Assembly: GCA_012295275.1 (NCBI GenBank)
Contig: CM022667.1
Coordinates: 4,588,001-4,652,000 of the forward strand
DNA length: 64,000 bases
Source of the DNA: Chrysomallon squamiferum
Taxonomy: Eukaryota > Animalia > Mollusca
Direction: 5' to 3'
Positions 27,001-41,418 of this stretch are shown in pieces. The notes under the pieces were generated by a model. That model was not told the origin of the DNA and did not search any database. It saw only the letters and a program-made list of their open reading frames with translations. A program made the translations under genes and the position numbers. Numbering within the stretch: position 1 is the first letter of the stretch; each line of letters starts with the position of its first letter.

Positions 27001-29320
27001 TACATCTGATGTTTTCCAGTTCCAAAACACATATCTCTGCATGAGACTGTAGCCATGATTATATACTTACAACAGCCTGACAGCATAGTGTGAGTTCCTT
27101 CATCTAAGTGTTTTACAGACACACACAAACATAGAGACATACACAAATACACACACACAAAAGTGCAGACACAAAAAACAACACAGACACATATACATGT
27201 TTACATTCATACATAAATACGTGTACACAGACACTTTTTCTCATGCATGTGTAGAACATACACATTAATTGATACACATATAAGCACACATATACATACA
27301 AACACATATACATACACACACACAAAAACAAAAACACATATATATGTTTATAGACAAACACACTTTTTCTCACACACACACATAACACACACACACACAT
27401 AAAAACACATATCACACACATCACACACACATACACATATCTACATTTAAATACAACGCACATCTTTTCTTTAAAAAAAACAAAAAACATGTTGTCATGG
27501 TTATAGGTTATTGTTTGTTAACAGAAGGACAGCTTAGATAATTAACTTATGTTTATGTATTTAATCTGTGTGTTTTTGTAGTGCTGAAGATGGGGTTACT
27601 GCAGCTGATAGTAAAACTTCAAAGTAAGTCATTTTAAAATATGTCTTGTGTAGCAAAATCAATCATGTAAGCCTTTGTTTTTCCTTCTCTCTTTCATTTT
27701 TTGTATCTTCTTAAAACTCATCTGTGATGCCATATATCCATAAATTTATATAAATTTAAATATTTATACATAATATTACATATGAGTACATCTGTGTGTT
27801 TGTAATATGTGTAAATATTTAAATTAATGTATATATATATGTGTGTGTGTGTATATATATTTCTTCCTTGTTCATTTGTTTAAGTTATTAGTAACTTCAT
27901 TATTAGCAAAGGAAAGTTTCAGGATACAAAAATAACTTTACACATATGTTTATTATATTTTATCAAACTTGATGTATCATCACATTCAAGAACAAATAAA
28001 ATGATGACACTGGAATGTTACATTTTAGACAATTCATTTTTACCACCTTAGGAACACAAAAAACAAACAAAATTCATGTATGCAAGATATATTTTTCCAT
28101 CTGTATAGAAAACTATAAATCAACCATCATACACTGAAAGTACACAAAGTGCATACAACTGATTACAGTATCTCTGAAGAATTTGAATTTTCTCAAAAAA
28201 CGTGACTTTGATGTCACCCTGATAGTGCCTCTGTATTCACCTGTCATTTTTAAATGAAAATCTTGGATAAGCATCATTTAAAAAGAAATTAATTCTTTAT
28301 AATCACTAACAGGCACTGATTGGAAGGACAAATTCTTCAGCCCATGACAGACAGTGAGTCTACCCACTAAGCTACAACACATTGACAGAACGACAATTAT
28401 CAGTTCATTAATAACAAGTTTAATACAGATCTTAAGACAAAAATTTTAAAAGTTAAATTTTATATCTCGGAATGAAAATTTAAAAAAGTTAAATTTCAGA
28501 TCTCAGAATAGAAATTTAAAAATTTATATTTCAGAACTCAAGATGAAAATGCAGATGATGAAAAATCAGAGACGCCAGACAAACACACAAAAACCAAAGC
28601 CAAAGATCGAAACAGCACTGAATCCACAGGCAAGAAGATGGAGCCAATTCATCTGAAAGGTCACAGAGGTCATTCTTCAAAGGGTCAGCAAAAGCATGTT
28701 GAACCTGAAGAACCAGAGTAGGTTTATTTCTGAACGTTTCTCTGCTTTATACATTTATTACAGACATTTGTCATGAACATTTCACTACATTTGAAAATCA
28801 TCAGAAAACAGTTCAGAAAGATTTTCTGTTTCACAAATAACAGTTGTCTTGCCTTATCCATAGGCTTCATATTTGTGATTACCAGTGGTGGAATAAAAAT
28901 ATTTTAAAATTTTTGTTTTGAGTTTTGTTTGATTAAACATTTGATTCCACATAAACTGGTATGTTGATTATTTCAGGAACTTGTTTTACCGATGGATTCT
29001 GCCAGCTAAAGGGGAGATCACTCTTCATGTGAGGTTTGTCGCTGAAGAACTGGGCCAGTATGATCAGCACTTTACCTTCGAGGTTGTGGGAAACAGAAAA
29101 CAGTACAACATGCACTGTCATGGAACTTGTGCTTTCCCAACCATTGAAACAGACCCGAGGTAGACAAACACAAGGTTTTAATACAAAGAAAAATACATAT
29201 ATATATATATATTAGATGTTCTGTCAGTAGTCATATACTAAGGTAGAGAATTGATATATTATTATTTTATTTTTAATAATAATCTAGCAATGCTGACACT
29301 ATTGCTGCAACCAGTGTCAT

Positions 29321-29355
<35 letters not shown>

Positions 29356-29551
29356 TTGCTTCTTCTAATGGTACAACTACCACCACAGTTGCTGTTATTC
29401 TAAATACTACTGTTACTTTTGCTGCTTCTAATACTACTGTTACTTTTACTGCTAATATTACTACTACTACTACTACTACTACTGCTGCTATATTTCTGTT
29501 ATTACTGTTACTGCTAATATCACAAATACTAAGAATAACTAAAACAAAATT

Positions 29552-29593
<42 letters not shown>

Positions 29594-30786
29594 TATTATT
29601 ATTATTATTAGTAGTAGTAGTAGTAGTAGTAGTAATATAAAGGATTACTGATGATAATAATAATTAAATAATTACAAGGATTTTATTGTAATGTTATACA
29701 TTACTAATTACAGTGAAAAGCTTTCTTTGTTTTCTAGCATTGTGTTCTCAGATGTTAAGAAGAGCAGAAAAGAAGGTGAAATACTCAGCAAGAAGTACAT
29801 ACTAAAAACAAAAACATTCGAGTTTGGTCCTCTGCTAGCTGCCAAGTCACGAGAAAAGTAAACCAGACCTCACTTACTAACTGTATCCTAATCAGCTGAT
29901 AGAAATGTTTCTCATTTTATTTTTTTTATTTTTTATTCTGTTCTATTAGATGTTCTGAACCATCAAAAAAATTCTATCATTTTCATTCATCATGTAGGCC
30001 TATTTTTACACGACAAATAAATAACACTTCACATTCAATCATCTTCATTGAAATTAAAAACGTTTTTTTTTTCATGTTGCTAACCAAATATTTAATGGGT
30101 TTTTTTTTAATACTGACAAACAAATAAAATTATTGCAGTAATTCTGGGAAATCTTGTTTTATTCCTACAGATACAGAGAGGGAAACTTCCCAGAAAACAT
30201 ACACAAGCTGAACATCATCAACACTTCGCCCATCGACGCAGAGATCAGCTTTTACTTCGTGCAGGACGAGCAGGGTGACACTTTTCTCGTCGAGCCCGCT
30301 CAGCTGCTGGTGAAATCGGGACAGAAGGAGACCATCACCATCTGGGCCTACCCCAAGAACAACGGCAGGTACGCCGACACCCTCGTCTGCAAAGTGCTGC
30401 ACAGTCCAGTGACCAACAACTTCAACATCGCCTGTGACGCTTTCAAGCCAACCCTTGAGCTCGACAAGAAGCAGTTCAACTTCGATAAAGTTCTTCTGCA
30501 CAGGTTTGATGTGTCACACATTTTTGTCTTGGCATTATATTTGTAGATACACCTTTTCTTTTTCTTTTTTTTCAGTGATCTTTTCTTTGAGAGATTTGTT
30601 ATTGGTGTTGTATAAGTAGATATACCTTTTTTTCAGTAATGTTTTCTTTCATAGATAGATTTAAAAAAATAATTATATTTGTAGATTTATCTTTTTTTTC
30701 AGTAATTATTTCTGTGATAGAACAGATTAGTTCTTGCATTTCATAAGCAGATATTTGTTTTTTAGTAATGTTTTCTTTGGTAGATA

Positions 30787-30823
<37 letters not shown>

Positions 30824-32016
30824 GTGATAAATGTATATCTCCATTGTGAGAACTGAGTAATAATACAAAATAGAACTATTTCAGGAAAGAAACAAGATCT
30901 ATTGTAATGAAAAACAACACAATGCTTCCTGTCGGGTGGAAAATTGACGGACTAGAATTGTTGGGAGATGATTTTTCAGTGGCGGCTGTGAAAGGGGTCA
31001 TACCTCCGCTGTCAGAATACATACTGTTTGCTTTCTTCCAGGCAACCAAAGCAGCAATTTTGTCTAAAAAATACATTAAACTTCTGGTAAGTCATAGTTC
31101 AGTGGTAGGATGACTGGCTATAATTTAGTTGTTAAAGATGGGCCATGGTTTAGTTTGCTGGAAGGCAGCTGTATTTGTTGGAAGGCAGGCTGTGGATATG
31201 GAAGGCAGGCTGTGTATGAGTGATTGGAGGGCTGTTGTTTAGTTGTTACAGGATGGGTAGACTGTAATCAGTGACTGGGAGGCAGATTAGGCTTTTTAGT
31301 GGTAGGAGGGAACATTGCAGTTGGAGGGCAGACTTGTTTGATGGTTGGAGGGTGGAATACAGCTTAGTGACTGAAGGGAAGTCTATGATTTAGTAGTTAG
31401 AGGGAAGACTACAAATTACACAGCATTATATTTTTTGATATACTTTGATTTTGTAATATAACTCTTAATATACTACTATTTAACAGAATTTTTTTCAAAA
31501 GCATATAAAGTGAAAGAGTCTGGTAAAATGTAATTTCGTGTATTTATTTTTTCTCAGTGTGTTTATTTGCATGTTGTTAGGTGTATGACAGTGAAAATAT
31601 TCTGGGACTAATAGAACAGGAACAGATCTCTATTTATGCAGAAGCTTATGATGTATGTCTTGATATGCATTTCTTAAAAGGTAAATTGAAACATATATAT
31701 GAGTCTGTCTGTCTGTATTGCTTCAATCTATCCATCCATCCATCCATCCATCTTCCATCTGTCTATCATCTGATAGTTAATCCTCTAATCTATCCTCCAG
31801 TATGTCTGCCTGTCTGTTTGTTTTCTATCTCAATATCTCTATTATCCATATGGGTGTAAGTCTGTCTAACTTTCTACCTGTGTATCAATCTGTCTAAAAT
31901 AACTTTATGTTTTGTCTGATATGTGAATGTACATTCAAACTGATGTTAATGTAAGACTTTGTATTTGATTTCCTTTATGAATTCATGTGTCTTCACACAC
32001 AAACACACACACACAT

Positions 32017-32056
<40 letters not shown>

Positions 32057-35000
32057 GTCTATAAAATAGATAAAATTCTGTTTTTCAGGTTCGAACTGTG
32101 GTTTTGAGTTTGGAACTCTGCATGTTTTTGATGAGCAGAAACAGTCCTGTACAATAAAAAACAGAGGAAAATACCAGATCGGTTTCAAGTAGGCAAAAAC
32201 CAGTAGGACAATTATTAAAAAAATTTAGTTTAAAAAAAAAATGTCTTCTTTTTTTTAAGTTATAATCATTTTCCAGTCTTTTGCTAAAAAAAAAAAGTTA
32301 GAATAGTGAAAGATGAAGACAGTTTAGATTAAACTTAGTATTCAGTACAGAGCCATAAATCAGAATGAAAATAAATAAAATCATAGTGAAATAATTCAGA
32401 GAAATGAGAAATGTTATTTGTTACAGAATCACTCATTCTTTTTCCCATAAATATCTTATTAGATAGAAACTTTAAGTTTAATAACTGTGATACAGTTTGT
32501 TTATTTATCTCTTTCAGTTTTGTAATTGAGAATGTTGATCCATCTGCTCCTGATGTTATTGGTTTGTTTACTGTTAATCCAGTGAAGGGCACACTGAACC
32601 CTGCCGACCGACCTTTGAACATCCACGTCCTGTTCAAAGCCCAAAAAGAAATTTACATAAAGGATCAGCCAATCGTACGATGTCATGTCATTGACCCGAC
32701 CTTGGGATTGCAAGGGGAGATAATTGCAAACATCCCTGTCAAAGTTTCAGTAAATGCAGTGTTCAGCAAGTGGGTTTAATTTTTACTCATAAGAAATGTT
32801 AATATTAAGAATTATTAAGTGTGAGTGAGAGATTGATTTGTATAAAAAAGTAAATATAATGCAGTCATTTCATGTGCTATTCTTTTTGACCTCTAGCAAG
32901 AATTTGTTTTATGTGATACCTTCCCACAGATAGCAAAACATGTACCTGACTTAGAGGCACTGGTTAGATTGGTAAATATGTCACCAGGCTCCCTAATGAG
33001 ACTTTGCCACTGATATGTTTTCACTTCTTTTGAATCCAAGAAACAGAGAGGTTTTGGAACTTTCTGAATTAGAAATCATAAAACATATTTCGAAGATGTA
33101 ACATATTTAGTAAATGAAGCATACATATTCTTTCAGAAACAAAGAAAATAAACAAAACTATATTTTATAACACTTAAGCTTTCTGATAAATAGAAATACT
33201 AAAGAAAGGAAACCAAATAATTAATATAGAAATCTTAATTTTATTATATTAATAAAAACATTAACAAACAAAACAGTTAATGGTCAAAAATAAAAATAAA
33301 ACATATTTTGTCTGCTAGCACAGAGGGGAAGTGTTTAATGGTAAATGATTTCAGATTCCGCATAACTCCGATGAATGAAATAAACTTTGGCTGTGTAGTC
33401 GCAGGATGTCGCACAGTTCGACAGTTTTCTATAGAGAACAAAGGCGAGTTCGAGTTCAAGTACAGCATCATCAAAAAAGAGGACCAGTCGCACGTACAAA
33501 GTATTGTGAGGTATCCCATAATTCACTGCAGTCTAATTCTTGTTTTTATTGTGTTTTTGTATTTAATTAATCTCTAAGGTGTTTAATTTTTATAATAATT
33601 TTTTTATTTTTATGTTAACTGTTATTTTAAAAATTACAAATACACACAGCACAATAGATTTTGTACTCTGAAATTAATTTTATTATATATATATATGTAT
33701 ATACACACACACATACACACACACACACATATGTATATGTATTAAACTTTTATTCATACAACAAAATTACTTAAATCATTATAAAGCCACATCTACTTTA
33801 AAGTTTATTTCTCTTCATTATTAAATTGTACACAATCTCATTTTTAACAGTTTGACAGCTGTTTCAACTTTAAAAAAATTGTATTTCTTCATCATTAGAT
33901 TGCTCGAAGAACACAAATCAAATGTTAATATAAAGTGTTGAATAGTTTGTACCTTGAAAATTTATTTAATCAGTTTAAAGCCACACACTACTTTGTAAAT
34001 ATATTTTCATCGTTAGATTGTACACAGTACACTGTGTAATAGGATGTTCATATAAAGTTGAATATTGCAGCGCCCTTCCGCCAGGCACTGAGACAAAAAC
34101 ATCCTCACTTCTCAGCATTGGGGGAATGTTTCCAAACAGGCCCAGCATCTTGAGGTTTGTGTTTTACAGGAAAAATGTGTAACTGCATTCAGTGATTTAG
34201 TTGACGTTTTCAAAGTAAACTCCAACTTACAAGCAGTGTATAACTGCGTATTAATTAACACAATGTGTAAACAGAGAGAAAAAATTCAGTATAAAATTGT
34301 TTTAAAAAATTTAAAAATTAAAAATTTATTAAACAACGCTAGATTAGAAAATAACATTGTCTTTGTTGGGTGAAATTCCACCCCCAAAATATACATGAAC
34401 TAAAATAGATAACTGCATAATAAAGAATAAATTTTTTTATAATAATTCATGCTTATTAAACAGTTTTCAATATTATTATTGTTGTTATCATTTTAAAATG
34501 ATCAACTCGTGAAAAGAATGAAATAACACAAATAAAAATATGATAATTTTAGTATAATTTTGAAATGATCAGTGTATGAAAAAAAATAAAAATATAAGAG
34601 AGTATTCTTCAGTGTAGAAGTAATGTAATTTAAAAATGATGAGATTTTACGAAAAGAATGAAATAACATAAATACAAATACAATACGTAGTTAATGTGTA
34701 ACATTAATACAATTTTGAAATGATCAGTGGATGAAAAGAGTGAAATGGCACATGTAAAAGTGTAAAAATGTGTGTAATTGTGTTGTGTTTAGTCGAGCAG
34801 ATCAAGGGGGAGCGGGAAGCACACATTTCCGAGTGGTTCAAGGAACGTTTGTTATGAGCCCTGCCTCGGGGACGGTGTTCCCCAACTCCTCCGCGGTTGT
34901 TGTGGTGGAGTGTGTGTCTGAGTGGCAGACGGGAATTTTCAGAGAGGTGGGTAGCCATTTTGTTTTTGTGTTTGTCTGCCTGAATTGTTATTATTATTGT

Positions 35001-35186
35001 TATTATTATTTTTTTCTCTTAGTAAGTAACAAGTGGTCGTGGTGATTGAAGAAAGAAAAGAAAATGACAGTTTTTAAGAAGCTGTGTGTTTAGTTTACTT
35101 CTTTATTTTCAAATATTTGTTAAGAATTTGTTCTCATATATTTAAAAAATGATTGTGGAAGTTACAAAATGTTTGTGAATATGTTC

Positions 35187-35228
<42 letters not shown>

Positions 35229-38200
35229 GTGTGTGTGAGTGTGCATGTGTGTGTGTGTTTACATGCATATTATATGTGTGTAGTGGTGAGTGAGAGGGTA
35301 AATAACTGAGGGTGTGGATTTGATCTTGAATCTTTGTCTGAATGGACCTGTGCAGACTAACATAATTACTTTAATGTGGATATATATATATTTTTCTTTT
35401 CAGGAGATATTATTAGATATAACTCATCGCAATCCATGGCTGTATCCAAATGGATTACCTTTCAAGCTGTCTGCTGAAGTGTGGTTTCCTTCCATCAACA
35501 CAGACAACATGGCATCGATTTTTGAAGAGCATCGCATTTGCAGGAACCTGAGTCTGTGGCAGCATCAAAACCCTACAGTGACAGGCTGCATCTACGGCGA
35601 AGACGAACGGCGCTTTGTCTTCAACAACATCCTCGTGGGCACCAAGGCCAGCGCTCGGTTCAAAATCTCCAACATCAGCAAAGTCCCATGTGACATCACC
35701 GCCACTTTGAAACCTGTCTCTGCCAAAGACTCCACTTTGACTGTTGCAGAGTATTTCGAAGTGGAGCCTGCAAAAACTCAGATACAGACTCATGGGGATG
35801 TGTATATAACACTGATTTTTGCACCTCAGTCCATGAATGTGAGTAAATTACAAAGTTAACAGTCATGTAGCTTCCTCTGTGTGTTGTGTCAACACACCAA
35901 GATTTTTTATCTACTCTGTTTAGAGATACATACATATATAATATATTTATATATCCCTTGTTCTGAAGTACATACTTAAAAATATTAATTTATACTGAAA
36001 AAAAAATGGATCATCCACTTTTTGGTTATAAGCAAAGAATCTTTTCTGCAGGACATCACATACCATATCCACTGTGCATTTCTTATACTTATTGATTTAG
36101 CTGGTTGAAGAAGAAACAGTGTTTTACAAACAGACTACCTGGTTTCCAGAGAAGGTAACTTCTCACTGATTACAATTTGGGCCAAAATACACAAATGTTA
36201 CTGTTTCAAAAAAAAAAAATAAATAAATAAAATTATATTCCTTATTAAATCTTTTCCTTTCAGAAATTCTCAGCTATTCTTGAAGTCTCTATTGATGGCT
36301 GTTGTTTGCCTGGCCGAAACAAGGTGTTGAGTTTTGAGGTTTCAGGAGAAGGTAACTTGCCGCTGATAAAAGTTGAAAAACCAGTGGTGCGGAACAAAAG
36401 AGGTCAGCCAGTGATTTTGTTTAAGAAAATCTTAATCACAAGGACACAGACGCTTCCTCTGACCTTTGCAAATAATGGAAGTCTTCCCAGTAAAGTTAGT
36501 AAAATATGTTTATTTAAAGGGAGACAATTGGTGGGTTTTTTTTCTTTTTTTGCTAATTAAATTTAGTTACTGAAGGTTTTGTAGGATTAGAAACAGCAAG
36601 CTAGCAATATAATAATTGCCAATAAAAATCACAATAATAACCAACAAAATGTTATTAAAAACTTTTTGCAATGGTAAAAATAAATGATAAAGGAGTTATG
36701 CTATCAGCTATCAACCTTTGCTAATGATAAAGTGTGAAATTAACAATAAAAAAAAACTATAGGAATACTGTTCTTTTCTGATATCATTTATTTTTAAATA
36801 ATTATAAAAGTTCTTATAAATTGATGTAGAAGCTATGCAGTAATTTTGTGACTTACAATAAATATAGATGTTTCCATGTTCTTTTTAACTGAATAATGAC
36901 TGATATTATCTTTTTCTGACAGATCTTTGTTGAGCTGTTTGATCCTCTCGGAACATTCAAGTTGACTACAACCAGTAAACTTCTGACCACACCTATAGCA
37001 GAACCTCACATAGACAGAAAAAGTACAGCAAATTTCTTTACTTTTATTATTCCATTTTTAATTTATATTAATTACAGTTATTCTCATTTTGTTGTATAGC
37101 TCACAATAATGAATTTCTTTCTTTTATAATATAAATTTTTTGATTATTATTATTATTGATTAAATCAGCTTTGAATGTTATTGTCTAAATAAATATAGAT
37201 ATAAATAAATGTGTTGTCAGTAATTATAATGATTGAATATTATTCAGTATCTCTTACTGTTTCTATTAGTAAATAAATAAATAAATAACATTAATAACAA
37301 CAACAACAATAATAAATAAGTAAATATTTGTTTCTGTTGTTTGTTTGATGATACTATCCATTATCTCTTACTCTTCCTATTAGTAAACAAATAATTAAGA
37401 AAATAATAATTATAAATATAATAAAAATAATGAAAAAATATTGTTTTATGCAGTTCATCTGAGGACATATTATCCAGTGAATCTAAATTTCCCCATTATC
37501 AAATAAATAAATAAATACAAAAATTAAAAAAAATGTGGTTGGCTCTTCACATTATCAAATACATAAATAAATAAATAAATAAAAAAGTAAATCATTTTTT
37601 ATACAGCTTGTTTGAGGACATACTCTTACTCTTCCCATTAACAAATAAATAAATAAATAAATAATCATAAATAAATAAGTAAATAAATAAATAAATAAGT
37701 AAACAAATATACAAATAAACAAATAAATAAATAAATAAATAAGTAAACAATGTTTCATACAGCTCGTTTGAGGACGTTTTACCCAGTGTCTCTCACTGTG
37801 CCAGTTGATGAATCAGTCACGTTTGATGTTGTATTTCGTCCTTTTGCGTGTCGACGTTACGAAGCTGGCATCAAGGTTCTTGTGATGGAAAACAAATATG
37901 AAAACATCTACATACAGCTGATTGGTGAGGGCTATGAGGATGACATCACACTTGACAACATTCACAGTGTTGTCAGACCAAATCCAGTCATTGAAGAAGA
38001 TACACCTGATGGTGAAGATATACAAGGTATAATGTGACGGGAATTTTGTTGTCAGTCTTTTTTTTGTTGTTAAAATTTTTGTAGTTTTTTTATTGGATTT
38101 GAAAAATTATTTGGAAAATGGTATAAATTATCTTTGAATTTTAATTTCTGTTTTGATGACTATTTACAAAAATGCTATGGTTTACGTTTGAGTTTTAATA

Positions 38201-40991
38201 TCGTGTTTTCTAAAAAGAAATGTCATGTTCCTTTCAGTTTTAATTCTATTTTTTTTTTTAAATAATCTTATATTCATTATATTGATAGAAAACATTAAAA
38301 GGATATTGTGTTAAAATATATTTATAACGAATTCCTTATGAAAAGAAGGTATTGCAACTAAAAAGATATTAAAATACATGTTTAAAATAGCTTTAAAAAC
38401 AATGTGTCATTATTCTTGTATTTCTGTATTAAAAAAAATATATATCAAACTCTTTCAGCTGCGAAGCCCAATGTGATGGACTTTGGTGACTGTTACATTG
38501 GCGAGCCAAAAACCCTGACCTTCACAATGACCAACCACTCACCCACAGACAATCTGCGCTTTCACTGGCATGATGATGACCGTCTGAAGTTTTCTCCGCA
38601 GACTGGACACCTGAGAGCAGGCTGCAGTAAACACATGTCTGTCACATACCAGTCTGACTGTCCAGAGTCCTCTCTGAGAATCCCATGTTGTGTTCTGTCA
38701 GTCGAATAACTTTTGAAAAACCAGCAGATCAGGTGATGTTTTGGGTTCTAATCTTAAAAAAAAAAATAATAATAATAACTTACTGTTTGATATTTTGAAA
38801 ATGTTAAGGACGGACAGACAATTGATAAAAAAAGATTTTGAATTTTTAGCAGAGTATCTAACTGATTTTATTCTGTATTAAAATAGAAACTGTGATTAAA
38901 TGAATGAAAGAATTAATTTTTGCTAAAGTCTCAACACTGTTGAATACTTCTGCTGTGCCATTCAGTGGTCTGCTCTTGTTGTCTGTCAGAAAGTTATTTT
39001 TATATTTGTTCTTTCCACATACAGGAAGATATATGCCATAGATTTTTTTTTAAATAAATCATATAGAGAGAGAGTAATGGTTGAAACAAAATATCTAAAA
39101 ACAGCTCACAAATGAAGATTGTTGACTTTAGCACAGATTCAGCTGTATAACAAGAAACAAATTCAATAAATTTGAACAAACAAACATGTTAGCCTGTTTG
39201 TTTTGTTCAGAATAATATCAGTATACTGCAAAATCTTATAACTAGTACAAATTTCCAAATTACTGAGGAACGTGAAGATACCAGCATATGTCTTGGTAAC
39301 TAAAATATTGTTTAGGTTAACTTATTAGTGAGTTTTTTTTTTTTTTTTTTAAGTTAATTTCTTATTGGTTTTCCTGTTTTTTGTATTTATTAGATTGCTG
39401 ACTGGGATGATAGACTGAAAACTGTAAAATGGGTGGACAATATAGACAGTGGTGGTAACCAGCATGTCAGGTATGAACATATTATTATTATTATTGTTAT
39501 TATTATTATTATTATTTACTCTTATTATTATTGTTATTGTTGTTATTATTATTATTATTATTATCATCATTATTATTATTATATATTATTATTATTTCAT
39601 TATGATGATTATTATTGTTATTTGTTTTGTTCTTCTTATCATCATCATCATCATCATCATCAGTGTTATGATTAATATAGTTATAAATTATTATTAATCT
39701 CAACAGATAATTCAAAGCTGTATTTTAAAATGTGATCAAATTAGGTAAAAAATATAATAATAAAATAAAGCTAAAATTTAATTTCAAATGTGACTTTATT
39801 ACTATTTTAACTTTAGTAATGATTAATTTCTAGTATTCCTTCCATTCAACTGCAAACACGAGTGGAGGCGCTCAAGAAGAAAGTCGTTGAGCAGGAACCA
39901 GAACCAGTCTACAACCTGGTTGAGGGAACCACACGCGAAGTGGAGCTGCTTGTTTCTGCCATCGCAGACTACAGTCACTACAAGTGTGAAGAAACATCCA
40001 TCCACTTCAAAGACACCCTGATGTTCCAGACTAGAGTTTACCAGTACGTTTGTTCAAGAGAGATAGTTATTCATTTTATTTACCAGTTTTACCAGTACGT
40101 TTGTTCAAGAGAGATAGTTATTCATTTTATTTACCAGTTTTACCAGTATGTTTATTCAGAAGAGAAAGTTTTTCATTTTATTTACCAGTTTTACCAGTAT
40201 GTTTATTCAGAAGAGAAAGTTATTTACCAGTTTACCAGTATGTTTATTCAAAAGAGAAAGTTATTCATTTTATTTACCAGTTTACCTACATGTTTATTCA
40301 AAAGAGAAAGTTATTAGTTTTATTTACCAGTTTACCTACATGTTTATTCAAAAGAGAAAGTTATTAGTTTTATTTACAGACAAACATTTCTAACAGATGT
40401 CTTGTTTGTTAGTTATGATCACTTAAGTCACTGCATAATTAATCAGAACGTTTTGTATGTTGATAAAATATATTCAAAAAAATGCAAAAACCCTGATAGA
40501 CTGAGCAAACCATTGCAGAGTCAGTGAGGACTTTTTGTACATTAATAAAATAAATTGTGAGATGGAAAACCCTTGCAAAGCCTGACGGGACATTTGGTAC
40601 ATTAAAAAAAAAAAAAAAATATTGAAATATGCAAAAACCTTGATAGAGTCAGGACTTTTTATACTCTTAGAATAAATAATGTAATCAAAAAGGGAGAAAA
40701 ACGTCTGTTTAGTTGCATCCTTATAAGATTGTTAATTTATTGATATTCTTTAAAAATTAAAAATCATATGATACTATTTTATATTATATTTAGATCTTTT
40801 GTTCATATTATCGCAACTTTAACTTCAATTTTTTACGACCTTCAGCATATGAAATAATTGATCTGTACAACAGACACTGAACTTTGAAATAGTAACACAG
40901 AAGTTGTTAAACTTCAAAATAAAATTAATATGGCTACTGATTTTTAAAGATTATTTAACTAATTGAATTGTGTGAATAAAAAGACATAAAA

Positions 40992-41022
<31 letters not shown>

Positions 41023-41372
41023 CATCTGAAGTTTCAAAATGTTTAATGAAGGGCTTATACAGATGGATTACAAATGGCACATTATTTCTAACTCCCTGTT
41101 ACTGGGCTCGAAAAGATCAGTGAGTTTTTCTTCTGAAGAGAAGGCTAAATCAAGTGAAAGCATGTTCCTCCCGTTTTTCATTGAGCCACAGCGTGGAAGT
41201 ATCATGGCAGGCCAGAAAGAAGATTTCACAGTGAAATTCTGTCCCTTGGATCTGAACGATTATGAATCAAAACTGATCTGCAGGTGAGTGTTTTGAATTG
41301 TAGACGTCTGTGTTTGTCTTTTGTAGGTATAAAAGTTTGTTCCTGTTTGTATGTGTTATGAAAGTATATTAA

Positions 41373-41418
<46 letters not shown>

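Noticed and set aside
25992-27117. CRISPR-like repeat-spacer appearance
   Set aside because: Spacers are pure (CA)n rather than unique sequences, the repeat is a copy of a HYDIN exon end, the context is eukaryotic and there are no cas genes.
30130-30501. Antisense ORFs over HYDIN, NUDCD1 and CENP-T exons (also 313-519, 35455-35793, 45466-45798, 53695-53922, 63626-63898)
   Set aside because: Shadows of GC-richer coding exons; no recognisable protein of their own.
31110-31410. G-rich, strand-asymmetric intron segment
   Set aside because: Looks like a decayed GGAAGGCAGGCTGT-type repeat; no ORF or clear structure to support a function.
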